Source: Podarcis bocagei (taxonomy: Eukaryota). From it: DNA of 64,000 bases. A program made the translations under genes and the position numbers. Below the pieces are notes generated by a model, which was not told the DNA's origin, searched no databases, and saw nothing but the letters and a program-made list of their open reading frames with translations. The stretch's first letter is position 1; each line of letters starts with the position of its first letter. Where the stretch lies: NCBI GenBank assembly GCA_964188305.1, contig OZ076885.1; one strand, 5' to 3'. This document shows, in pieces, positions 52,589 through 64,000 of this stretch.

Positions 52589-54826
52589 GGGGGGGGGGTG
52601 GAGAGGTGGCCCTCCAGTGAGTTTGCCTGCCCCATTGAGGAGACCAGTTGCTGTGCTCCTTTCCATTTGGCGTTCCCTCTCTTCCAACGAGACTCTCGGT
52701 TTGCAATTAGAAGCGGGGTCTCCATCGAAAGTTTGCCTGAAGTTGCCTGCAGGATGCCTTAATGGCTTCGCTGCCTCTTAGCTGTGAGTAACGACACTTG
52801 GTGTAGCCAACTTGGCGTCTAGGGCTGCGGCAGGGAAAGCCTCCGCTCTCTTCGCTGAATTGCCCAGAGAAACATTTTTTTCCATCTCTCTCTCTCCTCT
52901 CTTCCCGTAAATTGATTAGCAGCAACCGAGTTAATCCAATTATGGGATCCAATTAGGGAGTTGGTTTGCACTTGAGGATTACTGAGCCCCCGTGAATCTC
53001 CCAACACGTAGGTACCGGGTGACTCCTTTCTCCACCAGCAAGCAGAGGGAACCAGATTTTGGGGGTGCTGGATCCCCAAGTGCATCCCATCTGATGAAGC
53101 ATTTCCTACATCTCATTCCAATCGGTGAGACTCCAAGCTGAGGGATGGGGAAGCCTGCAGCCCTCTAGTTATTGAACTCCATCTCCCATCAGCTCTTGGG
53201 CATCAGGGCCAGTGGTCAGGAATGGCGGAAGCCTTAGTCCAGCAACATTAAAGGGTTCCAAGTTCCCCAACCTTGCAGTGCAGCAAATTTGGCTATGCTC
53301 TGGACCGCAGCCTTTGAGTTCATGTGAAGTCTGATGGGGGAGGAACTGGAATAGGAGGGACTTAAGAGATACCATCTCAGATCCACATTTGGATTCAAGG
53401 ATGGAGAATTGCTTGTGAGGAGCATCTCTAGACTTCCTTTGCTAAGCACATGCCTGTAAAATGGAAAGAGCTCTTGATATGGCACTGCTACCATTTCTGT
53501 CATAGGTAGATTGCGCTCAGTGGGTAAGCCTCTACTAGGAACTTTGACAGCTTTGACGAAACTGCCATGGAGATAATCATCATGTCGAGACAAGGAGGAT
53601 ATTGTTGATAGGAAGGGAAGAAGGATTGCTTCCTGTCATAATGAGGTCATTCATAGAGTCATGAAAGGACATCTAGACAATCCTGGCTGACCCACATGGA
53701 AGGACCACCTGTCTCCACAGATTCCCCTCTGCACCGACTACATTTTGTGTTTATTCTATTATTTTGGTAGTGACAACATTTCCAGTGATGAGTTTCTATT
53801 AAAATGGCAACCCATGCTTTGATACAATTGGTCATTTTAATTCTGACAGCTGTAGCTTCTGCTCAGGAGGACCGAATGCTTCCCATGCTAAATCAGTGCC
53901 CATTGAACATGCCACCTGTTATCTCTCCCTTTTGGTGAAAATTAATCTGATTGCTCTTTGCTTGGCCATATGTTCACGTCAATGGGTTTACCGGCACAAA
54001 CAGAGCAATAAACCTGTTGCATACCTCCTTTTTAGATGCGGATAATACCAATATTTATTTATATTTGGAACAGAAACCTTGCTATGTATTTGATAAGAAC
54101 AAAATATCAAGCTATGAATCATTCTCTAGCAGCTTGATCAAACTGCAGTTTCTTACCAAGAGGATGAGAGAGGGAGAGGGAGAGAAAAAGAGAGCAAGTT
54201 ACCAAGCCCAGATATCATTTATAGGAAGGACTTCCTAGTTTTAAAGTTTGATTTTGGCGAGCAGCTCATTTTTTTAATGTATTGTGAGTTTCTCTCTCAA
54301 ATCTCAAAAAGCTTGTCAAGAAAAAGCAAACCTTAAAGCAAATGGTTCCTTCAAAGGAATTTGGTAGAATTGTGGGATGGAGAAGTAAATTAAGTCAGTA
54401 AGATTGAGTCAATGTGATCAAGTCAAACTCACCAGTCAAGAGACAACCTTTTGTCTGTCCAGCCCTAAAGTTCATTGCTTAAGGCTATTACTTTCTACAA
54501 TTTAATACTGAAGATGCTAAATGTCTCTAGTATTTCATTAAGTCATTGCTTTCTCAAGCATTTATTTATTTAAAAATGGAGTGATCCACAAACCTATCAG
54601 TTCCACGATTTCAAGTTGATTTCAAATTGGGCTTATTCCTGTGCTTCTGCGTGCAATATGACAGTTTATGGGTTATGCCAATCCCGCCCACACCAAGCTC
54701 TGAAGCTGTTGATGCAACAAAGACCTTTATCTGGAAGGCAAAGCAAGCATGAGTCCTCATGTGGAGCCATGGAGAAAGCAGGAGATGCTGCCCTGAGATT
54801 GATCCCTTGCTGACAGCCCTGCCCAG

Positions 54827-54941
54827 TATGGGCATAGCCAAGGGAGGACAGGGAGGGGCAGCTGTCCCCCCCCCCAATCAATAAAAATACATAGCAAACT
54901 GAGGTTGTGCTCCCCCAACAAAAATCCTGGGTACGTCCATG
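54827..54941. mobile_element. hAT-type MITE
   Basis: Ends TATGGGCATAGCCA / TGGGTACGTCCATG. 8-bp TSD CTGCCCAG / CTGTCCAG (one mismatch). Related copy at about 46832-46955. Confidence 0.7.
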
Positions 54942-57481
54942 CTGTCCAGTCTTCTGCCACTGGACCTACTACTGTAGCATTCCTCTCTAGTGAAGCTGCT
55001 CATCTCCCAGTTCTTCAAATCCCTTTGCAAAACAGGACATTTTGCATTACTGCTCAACAAGAAGGTTGTGTTCTTCAGATAACCTGGGGTGGAAACAGCC
55101 AGCATCTTAACAGGCCTATCTTCAACATATGCCATTTAAACTGTCAGAAATCAATAGCACTAGTAGGTTTCAAGATTCTGTCTTCAAAACTGGGCAGACC
55201 AATTCACCCTTTAGTAAATGTCTTCAACTAGTGGATTGCGGTCAATAACTGGGTCCTGATCTGGGTCCACGATGGACTGCTCCAGTACCACGCATTGAGT
55301 TACATTTGCAGTATGGGGTTTAGGTGTGGCTGTAATGTAGGCAGCTTGGATCATGGAAGTTACCCAGAATCTTTCTCATTAGCTACTGCAATTGTTCCTG
55401 CTAGCTACCCAATTCTGAGTGTCAGTACCTCTCTTGGGGCTGGCTGGTTAATTTACAATACTGGTGCATGAGTTTACAAGTTGTAAACCCAAGCATTTGA
55501 TGCTGACAGTTCTCTCCTGCTGCTCAATGTACTGTTGATAAGTTGTCTCTACACATGCACATATAATCATTGTATGGCAACAATCTATGCATAGGACTCG
55601 GAGGAGCTATTTCCACTGAACCACCCATTCATGTTACTTATATAATAAAAGCAGCTCTCCTGGTTTGGGTACCATCCTTTCCTGGAGAAGAAAGGGAAGG
55701 GAATGGAAGCTAGAGGCCTTAAGAACAGAAGAAGAATCCTGCTGGATTAACCCAAAAGCATCACATAAACATAAACACATCACATAAAACACACCTCACA
55801 AATGCAGACTTTCAGTTCTTTATTTATTTACCTTTTTGTCTGGAACATTTCTATACTATTCTTCAGTTGAAATGGTTCCCAGGGTGCTTCACAAACAAAG
55901 CATACAAGCAGCAGGTTGGATCCTGACTATGTTAGTTGAACTTGGTTCCAGCTGAAATACATGGGACTTAATTCACAACTGACTTCTCCCATGGATTTCA
56001 AGGTGTACCCAGCTCAGCTAATTTAGTGTGGATCTGACCCAGTAAAAGCAGTACAATAAAAGAGAGTAAGAAAATGTCACCGTAAATATCAGCAATTAAA
56101 AGCAGCAGTTTAAAACAAGTTACAATGCAGGACATAGTAACTTTTAAAGCCTGAGAGAATAAAAAGCTCTTCAGCCTGGTGCCAAGAAGCTAACAGAGAA
56201 GCTGCCAAGTGAGACCTCCTGGGGAAGGAATTCCATAGGCAGGGGGCCAACACCCAAAAGGTCTTCTACTTGTTTTTTTACCTGCCTAAGCTCAGTTGGC
56301 TGACATATCTGCAGCAAACCCCTCATTGACGATCTCAGTGATTGTTCTCAACTTTTTATCTCCCTATTTGTCCAAGGATTACAAAAAAGCACTCTATACA
56401 CACAATGATGTTGTATAGTGAATCAGGTTGAGAGGCAGCAACTTGCCCGAGGTTGCCCAGTGGGCTAATAGAAAAGCAGAGAATTGAACCTGGGTTTCAA
56501 GCCTGTTCCTTTATCTATCATACCTGAGCAACTTGGCTCTTTAATCAATAGGCTGCATCACACTAAACATTTTGTTTTGTTGTTCAGCTTTTCCCATTTC
56601 TCCCTTATTACATCTAATTGACTTTTCTGTCCTTCATAAACAGTTTTAATTTATTATAACTGGACACAATGATGTTCAAGGAGGGTGGGCACTGGAGGGT
56701 TAGAATCTGGTGGTCATCCTTGGGGTATTCTGCCTTTACAGAGGCAGTTGGTCTCAATTTCTTGGTGCACCCCAAACGTTTTTGAGGTCAGGGGTAAGTC
56801 TGAGCCTGGTAAAGGCCTGAGAATTTTCTTGCACCCACTCAGAGCTTGCTCATGCTAGTTTATGGAGCAGGAAGGCTGACCTAGATCTGGGATATCAAAG
56901 GGCCCAGAGCTTAATGGTAGATTGCATGCTTTACTTGTACAAAGTCCCAGATTTAACCCCTACCATCTCCAGAGGAAAAGGATCTCAGTGTGAGGGCATG
57001 GAAAGATGGGAGACCTTATGAACATAAGAAGAACCCTGATGGGTCACACCAAAGATGCAACTCATCCACCATTCTGTTCTCACCTTGGCCAACCAGATGC
57101 CTTGGCCAACCAGATGGACATGAGCACAACAGCACAACCTGAATACAGAGAACTAAAGCAAGTTAAAAGGGCAACTTAGGAGAGGACCCAAAGAGAAAGC
57201 ACTAAATGTTCCATTGTCTCTTGCTCCTCCCAGGAAATGTGGTATGGGCCTAGCTGGTGTGTGTGTGTGTGTGTCAGTTAGTTATTACTTAACTAACTGA
57301 CTAATTGTGTCACAGATAACTCTGTTCTGTCCCACTAAAATAAATCCTGGCTATGCCCATGGTGAGTAGGGTGTGGACATCAAGGGGTTACAATTCTTCA
57401 TGAATCTGTAGAACTTTGAAGATATTATTCTTGGTTTCCAACTAAGGTTTGCTCAACCGTAATTATTTGATCCTTAAGTTC

Positions 57482-57616
57482 TATAGCTCTGATGGTAGAG
57501 CATGAGACTCTTAATCTCAAGCTTGTGGACTCAACCCCCACGTTGGGCAAAATACTCCAGCATTGCAGGGGGTTGGACTAGATGACCCCTGTGGTCCCTT
57601 CCAACTCTCTACAATT
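57482..57616 (+). mobile_element. tRNA(Lys)-like-headed SINE with CR1-type tail
   Basis: Same family as 41647-41790 (GAGACTCTTAATCTC, CCCACGTTGGGCAAAA, GGACTAGATGACC, CCCTTCCAACTC). Confidence 0.75.
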
Positions 57617-58387
57617 GTGCTCTTTGACTAATGTTGGAGACAACCCACTATGTTTAGCAGTTTGGACCCCATGCTATTATATCCTTCCCATACTTGAATA
57701 AAACATTTACTTTGACCTTCAGTAGGAACTGAAAACATTTACCCTTTTGGATCCAGGCATACCCATTTCTGTCTCGTTTTCTAGACAATGCCTGTACGAG
57801 TTATGTGTTGGAGAGCTAAACTGACCTTTATCAGGGGGTATGGACATACCATATCATGTAACAATCTTGCTATAAAACATTTTGAGAAATTCCCTCATTT
57901 AAGTGCCTAATATATATGATAGAACTGGCCTTATAGATGTTTTCTTACATACAGTAGTCTCTTTATTTGATCTAGCAGCTCCTGGTTGTGTAATATGACT
58001 TATCTCTGTCTGTCCTTGTTACCATATTTGACTTTTTCTTTTCTTTTTGCAGATTGTTACTTTGTAGCCAACCTACACAGAGAGGGTCAGCTTGTACTCT
58101 AGAGTCTAACATAGCAATTTTGTTGTTTCAGCTCTTGCATGACAAGCTACATCTCCAAAATTTATGTACTGTATTCTATAAAACAATCAAAGGTGCAGGA
58201 GCCATGCACTCTCTAGCATCTGGCCACCCTAGTTTGTGGCACCTCATCTGTGATGTCTGTTTCACACATGCAGGTGTTCTCTAGATTGTGTACTCACCAA
58301 GCAGTAAATAAGCATGTGCGAACTCACTTTAACTGACCCAACTTGGTTTGTCAGCAGCAATTGTTTGTGCCTACTGTGCCATGTCAA

Positions 58388-58740
58388 GGGACGCAGGTGG
58401 CGCTGTGGGTTAAACCACAAAGCCTAGGGCTTGCCGATCAGAAGGTTGGCAGTTCAAATCCCCGTGACGGGGTGAGCTCCTGTTGCTCAGTCCCAGCTCC
58501 TGCCCACCTAACAGTTCTCAAGCATGTCAAAGTGCAAGTAGATAAATAGGTACTGCTCCGGCAGGAAGGTAAACGGTGTTTCCGTGTGCTGCTCTGGTTC
58601 GCCAGAAGCGGCTTAGTCATGCTGGCCTCATGACCCGGAAGCTGTACGCTGGCTTCCTCGGCCAATACTGCAAGATGAGTGCCTCAACCCCAGAGTCAGT
58701 CACGACTGGACCTAATGGTCAGGGGTCCCTTTACCTTTTA
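58388..58740 (+). mobile_element. Sauria SINE (full length)
   Basis: GGGACGCAGGTGGCGCTGTGGGTTAAACC head, B-box-like GTTCAAATCCC, GTGCAAGTAGATAAATAGGTAC core, CCTTTACCTTT tail. 15-bp TSD TACTGTGCCATGTCA at 58372-58386 and 58739-58753. Confidence 0.93.
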
Positions 58741-59070
58741 CTGTGCCATGTCAGCACAATATTACAAATTATAACATGATCTCTGCACTGAAAAGATGTA
58801 ACCCCAGCCTGATAGGATGATACAAATGTTTTGGGTCAGTGTGCTTATTCTGTTGAAATCATTGGGCCTGAACAGTCTTCTAACACTGCATGGGTATTGT
58901 GCATTCCTGTACTTGGGTTTCTCTAAATATAAATCATCTAAAATTGTGCTTATTGTATGTTTCCATGTGCTTATTGCATGTCTATGTGCCTTGATTGCAT
59001 ATCTTGATTTCCCTTGTTGTAAATCACTTTGAGATCTGTGGATAGTAAGTAGTTGATAAATGGACCAAAT

Positions 59071-59227
59071 CAGGGGTACCAAATTGAATGAAATATTATG
59101 GGGGCCCCGGTAAGCCCCCCCCCATAATCAATCACGTGACACAGTGCACACACTCCATTTGAATGGGAATGCCTGTCAATTCTGTGGGGGCCGAAGCCCC
59201 CATGGCCCCTAGGAGTTAACTCCTATG
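59071..59227. mobile_element. hAT-type MITE
   Basis: Flanked by 8-bp GACCAAAT / GACTAAAT, with CAGGGG...CCTATG ends and a GC-rich GGGGCCCC interior. Confidence 0.65.
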
Positions 59228-59723
59228 GACTAAATGAATAAATAACACAGGACACTGTGTAGACGTTGAAGTCCTCACAGCCCTATATGAATGGAGAGAA
59301 GAGAGAAGGGTGCATGTTCTCTCTCACAAAAGTAATATGAAAAAAATACTTAAATATGTCTTTTGTTTCGCTGGTAGAAAAGCAAGTTGCAAATGTCTTA
59401 ACAGTTTCACTTAATTATAAGTATGAATGTTAGACTATATTTAAGCCACAGTCTATGGAGCCTCACAAATTGTAACTGAAAGTTGAAACTTCTAAATTCT
59501 GCCAAATTGAAGAACAGATATGGACGCTGCTGTTCTCTGACAGTCGGGACCCAAAGTAATAAATCAGTAGACTCTCTTGCGGCATAGAGCCTAATGTCCA
59601 GGACCTGCACCTGAGGCTATTGATTCAATCCTTTGTCCTATGTCACTTTATAACTCTCGAAACTTTTCACCCTGTTGTCAGATATACGTTTTGCAGGGTT
59701 TTACGTGAATCTGTGACTCCTCT

Positions 59724-60110
59724 GTACGGGCAGGGGTACCTTTACCTTTACCTAGGGACGTGGGTGGCGCTGTGGGTAAAACCTCAGCGACTAGGACTTG
59801 CCGATCGCATGGTCGGCGGTTCGAATCCCCGCAGCGGGGTGAGCTCCCGTTGTTCGGTCCCAGCTCCTGCCCACCTAGCAGTTCGAAAGCACCCTTAAGT
59901 GCAAGTAGATAAATAGGTACCGCTTTATAGCGGGAAGGTAAACGGCGTTTCCGTGTGCTGCGCTGGCTCGCCAGATGCAGCTTGTTATGCTGGCCATGTG
60001 ACCCGGAAGTGTCTGCGGACAGCGCTGGCTCCCGGCCTCTAGAGTGAGATGAGTGCACAACCCAGAGTCTGTCAAGACTGGCCCGTATGGGCAGGGGTAC
60101 CTTTACCTTT
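59724..60110 (+). mobile_element. Sauria SINE preceded by an extra SINE 3' tail fragment
   Basis: Full SINE from about 59755 (GGGACGTGGGTGGCGCTG, GGTTCGAATCCC) to 60110. A tail fragment occupies 59724-59753. A 26-bp direct repeat lies at 59700-59725 and 60108-60133. Confidence 0.93.
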
Positions 60111-61080
60111 ACGTGAATCTGTGACTCCTCTGTTTCAACTACAGCAACTTTGAAGGGGTTACAGACATGATAGGGGAATGGATTGGTTTAACTTCCCTTG
60201 TTTCCATGAAAATTTGGTATCTGTGTCCCAGTAAACTGGGATTCTGGATGCAGTGAACCTACTACTCTGCCTTGCAGATTTTGGGCTTAACCAGTAAATA
60301 CTTTGACTTGATGAATTTGCTACTTGGGCTCTCTCTCTGCTACCAACCTTTTCTTTTTGCTGTAATCTCCCTGCCCCAAGTTGTTCATCTTTCCCCCTGT
60401 CTACCACAGAAATAGTTTGCAATCTGAGCTGGGTGTTGATGGGTTGTTGTTGTTGTTTGTTTTTTTATTTGGTAGCTGATGCCATTTCCTTTTCTGGATC
60501 AGCTTTCTGAGCCTAAAAGCCATTCCTAATTATGTATATTCCTTCTATCCTCTGGCATGCAGATGAAAACCACTGAGTCACAATGCCATTCAGATAATAA
60601 ACACCCCTCCCACCACTGCCTAGTGCACTGCACAGAATCACAATGATTCTCTCTAACCCCCCCCCCCATTCCTCTTCTTTCAGGCTGCTTCTTAAGATAT
60701 CAGGAAATGCTCTGTTTTAAGTACGCCTCAGGCACTGCACTTGTTACATTGACACCTTGGGGCACACAGGGAACGGGGAATCACATTTAAATGATAGTGG
60801 GAAGAAAAGGTGGGCTCTCTCATATCGCTTGTTATCCCTCAAAGACACAATTTGCCCGCACTGCCGCTAGACAGAATTTATAAATGATGGGTTTTAGTGC
60901 AGTGCTTGCTTTTGTACTTCTTGTTCAGATGAAACTCCCAGTGAATCCCCATTCAGAACAATGGGAGTTTCTGTAACTTAAGCAAGACAAGATCCTAGTG
61001 TCCAATTGACTTGGGCCTGGCAGGACAATGAGTTCACTGTCAGAACTGAGGTGCAGAATTTCACGTACAAACAAATTATC

Positions 61081-61082
61081 TG

Positions 61083-61116
<34 letters not shown>

Positions 61117-61128
61117 ATCTATCTATCT
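61081..61128. repeat. (TCTA)n microsatellite
   Basis: Directly visible. A shorter (TCTA)n array lies at about 31075-31110. Confidence 0.95.
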
Positions 61129-63607
61129 AAATAATTACTTTTTAAAAGCAGTATGCAACACCCCCACAATAAAACAATATAATAAGAACAATGTCAAATC
61201 TTAGAGGTCAGGGGGAACTTGGGGGAAAGGTATGTCTGAAAGTACTTAACAGAGGGTGCTTTGTGTATGACAGAAAGAAGGGCATTCCACAGGGCAATGG
61301 TAGAAAATACATTATGTAGGGTGCAGTGCCACAAGGAAAAATATGATCTCAGTGATCTTACAGGTCTATAGAGGTCTACCAATCAGGTGCAAGTTATATA
61401 TATATGTATATGGTGTCACAGCTAAGGATATCATGATTTCATGATAGCAGTATTCTGAACTAGAGAAGTAGATGGCATGGAGGTAACAAGAGCCCAATGT
61501 ATAAAGATCATTTTAAGCCATCTCTTTGCTTCTCTCAGTTCTCAGTTTGGATGCAGGCCAAACCAATCCATACCTCAGGCTAAAATAGCCTGAGGGCTGC
61601 TCTAGTTGTGACAGGACAGGAATGGAACTGTTCTGCTGGCCCAGGGTCCTTATGTTCTAGTCTAGAAGAAGAACCACTGTCCATATTTTCCCCACGCTAG
61701 GTCAGCAGTAGAAGGGAGAGTGATTTGTATTGGACAGTCTTTTGTACCACCAGAGACTTTGCCATTTGTCAGCTCCCTGATGAAGACTCCCATCATGTTC
61801 CTTTAATGTTGCTTCTGTGAAGGCCTGGGCATTCTGTAAAATATGCTTTAGACAGAGCATGTGTCAAGCCAAGCTGGGGGGCCTCTATTGTAGCCTAGAC
61901 ATCTGTGCAGAACCAGCCCGAATGTTAGTCACGGTGATGTGACCTGTTTCAGCTGATAGATCTTGAGGTACCATCAAAGAAGAACAAATGGTCCATTATT
62001 CATGATTATAATTTTACTGCTGTGGGATGGTATCATTTGGAATTTCTGCCTCGGGCACCTAAACATCATGGGATGCCGTAAGCTGTTTCTGCCAGCCTTT
62101 TTTGGCACCTATGCCGGCTGCCTCTAACTGTTCATATTAAAATGGCTGTTCTTCTGTCATATGATAGGAGAACCCAGGGCTGTTCCCCCCTTGCTACAGA
62201 CACGTTTCAAATAACAGCAACCAGACTTATGGAAAGAACCAGCTACTCAAACAGATTTCATTTGCAAAATTGGCAGCATAAGGAATGAGCTTCTGCATGA
62301 CAACTCCGCTTTATCTTCTGTTCCCAACCCTGGTTGCATAATGTTTGTGATGCAGGGGTACCAGTGCGCATGCAGAATCCCTAGTGCTTATGGGGTTTCC
62401 AGTGCATGATAGGGATTCTACATGTACATACAGAGTGTTACCATTTACAGAACAAACTCTGGAAAGCCTTGAGTATGCATAGCTTTGATCGTGCCCTGTA
62501 TGTGAATTGGTAGCACATGGGATCCATTAACTTACTGACCTGTGCTGATCACATCTGGGCATTCTGAATTGCACAGCAACCATTAAGACAGATTTGTGCA
62601 CTAACAATTTCTCCTGGCCTTGAACCTCGAACCAATGCAAAAGCCGCTTCAAAGGCATGTGCACAGAAAGCTTTCCAGTCCATTGAATGGGATATAGGCA
62701 CTGCAGGTAGGGAAAGTTGGGGCATCAAAGCCATTTCACAGCAAACAACTGGATTCACATGATGAGATCAAATGATGGTACTGGTATGTGGCTGAGAAAT
62801 GAGTGCTAATGGAAAAGGACCAGTGTTTACAGTTGTCTAATACAGAGGACAGCCACCTTTTTGAAAGCATCCTCTGTTTGAACACTTGACTGGTCCAGAT
62901 CCAGTTTGAAGATATGGAACCATTAGAAGGGAGAGCAAGGCTGTGAATTTGTCCACTATCAGTTAGCATCTGGACAGCAGATTGAGCAGACACTTACAGG
63001 TCACCTGGTCACAGTCTTCCTCACTCTGGTAAATGTATTGTATTGTGGTGTGATGTGTTTTTTTAAGCATAGTAATTATTTCTAAATGTGCACCTATACA
63101 TATAAATTAGCATATGCCTACCTTCTTCCTCTGGTCCCAATCTCAAGGGGACCTACTTATGCTGGTGCCCTGGGAGTCCACCACAACCTGAACCCAACTC
63201 TGGCCGAGCTGCAGAGCTGTTTGTGTTCTTAACTTTTACAGTTAAAATCGTGGGCCGAATATTCTTTTGCTAATACCTGCCTGCAGCTGCCGCCTGGAGG
63301 ACCACCCTCTCCTTCCACCTGTTGGACCTGTGACCTCGACTGGATCTTCAGACCAGGATCTGCCTGCAGCTGTGCAAGACCCTGGGCAGGCAGGCAGCAT
63401 TGGAAACACCTGCTGCCCCAGCTAGGCATGCATCAATTTCTGGCAGTCATCCCTTTGGGAGCAGAATAAAGGTGTGGGCTAAAATTATGGTTTTAATGGG
63501 GATGGGTGTTGTTTATTTGGGGGGGGTGTGTGTTTTAAATTGTTCTTTTAAATTTGCATTGTAGTTTTTTGTTTTCTAAGGCAGGTCAATATTCTAGAAT
63601 CTTTTAA

Positions 63608-63970
63608 GAGTTGGCAGAAGAAGACTGGAAAAAATTTAAGGCCTATCTACAAAAATATTGTAAAATTAAGGAATGTTGAATGATGCTGGATTGAAATTAA
63701 GTGGTTTCAAGCTGTAACTATGATAAAATGACTTTCTTTTTGTAAGTAAGAATTTAAAGCTACAATAATTTAAGATGTTGAGATAAGGATTTGCTGTATA
63801 AATAATTTAAACTAGGTATACAAGAAGGGGAGGTATGAGGAGGTCGGGGAAATAAGTTACAAGAAAATAAGTTGTGAAATTTATGTGTTTTTAATATTTT
63901 TATGTTTGTTCTTTCTTTTTGTTTGTAAAAAATTGGAAACTTTAATAAATATCTTTTCAAAAAACAACAA
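63608..63970 (+). mobile_element. 5'-truncated L1-like LINE 3' end
   Basis: 21-bp TSD CAATATTCTAGAATCTTTTAA at 63587-63607 and 63971-63991. A short terminal frame ELAEEDWKKFKAYLQKYCKIKEC* resembles L1 ORF2 C-termini. It is followed by an AT-rich 3' UTR, AATAAA at 63944-63949 and an A-rich tail. Confidence 0.8.
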
Positions 63971-64000
63971 CAATATTCTAGAATCTTTTAAATGTGTTTG

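Noticed and set aside
1-64000. Conserved miRNA, snoRNA, CRISPR, prokaryotic operon or intact transposase/RT gene
   Set aside because: Manual scanning found only short seed-like matches and no intact autonomous element. An Rfam/miRBase/Dfam search is needed to exclude these properly.

Overview
This is vertebrate genomic DNA, most likely from a squamate and probably a lacertid lizard. That is an inference from the Sauria-type SINEs and the other repeat families present. It is not a prokaryotic or viral locus. I could not recognise any protein-coding exon, and the ORF-track entries look like chance, GC-rich or repeat-derived frames. The window is organised around two large CpG islands, about 18.7-21.9 kb and about 47.1-51.7 kb. 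Both look like multi-promoter regions with several candidate first-exon splice donors. Island 1 has a series of minus-strand donors, and island 2 has donors on both strands plus a CCAAT/CCAAT/TATA-like core on the plus strand. The rest is intron-like or intergenic DNA with many transposable elements: three Sauria SINEs with target-site duplications (TSDs), at least six Tc1/mariner-pogo-type MITEs with TA flanks, hAT-type MITEs with 8-bp TSDs, tRNA-derived SINEs, L2 and CR1 remnants, and a 5'-truncated L1-like insertion with a 21-bp TSD. Several of these are nested inside one another. The most notable observations are a SINE tail-plus-full-SINE composite inside a 26-bp TSD, a perfect 19-bp inverted repeat bracketing an exon-like 66-nt segment, a candidate recursive splice site, an orphan CpG-rich islet, and candidate non-coding exons. 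I see no evidence for a novel enzymatic or defence system, and I cannot name the host genes from sequence alone.
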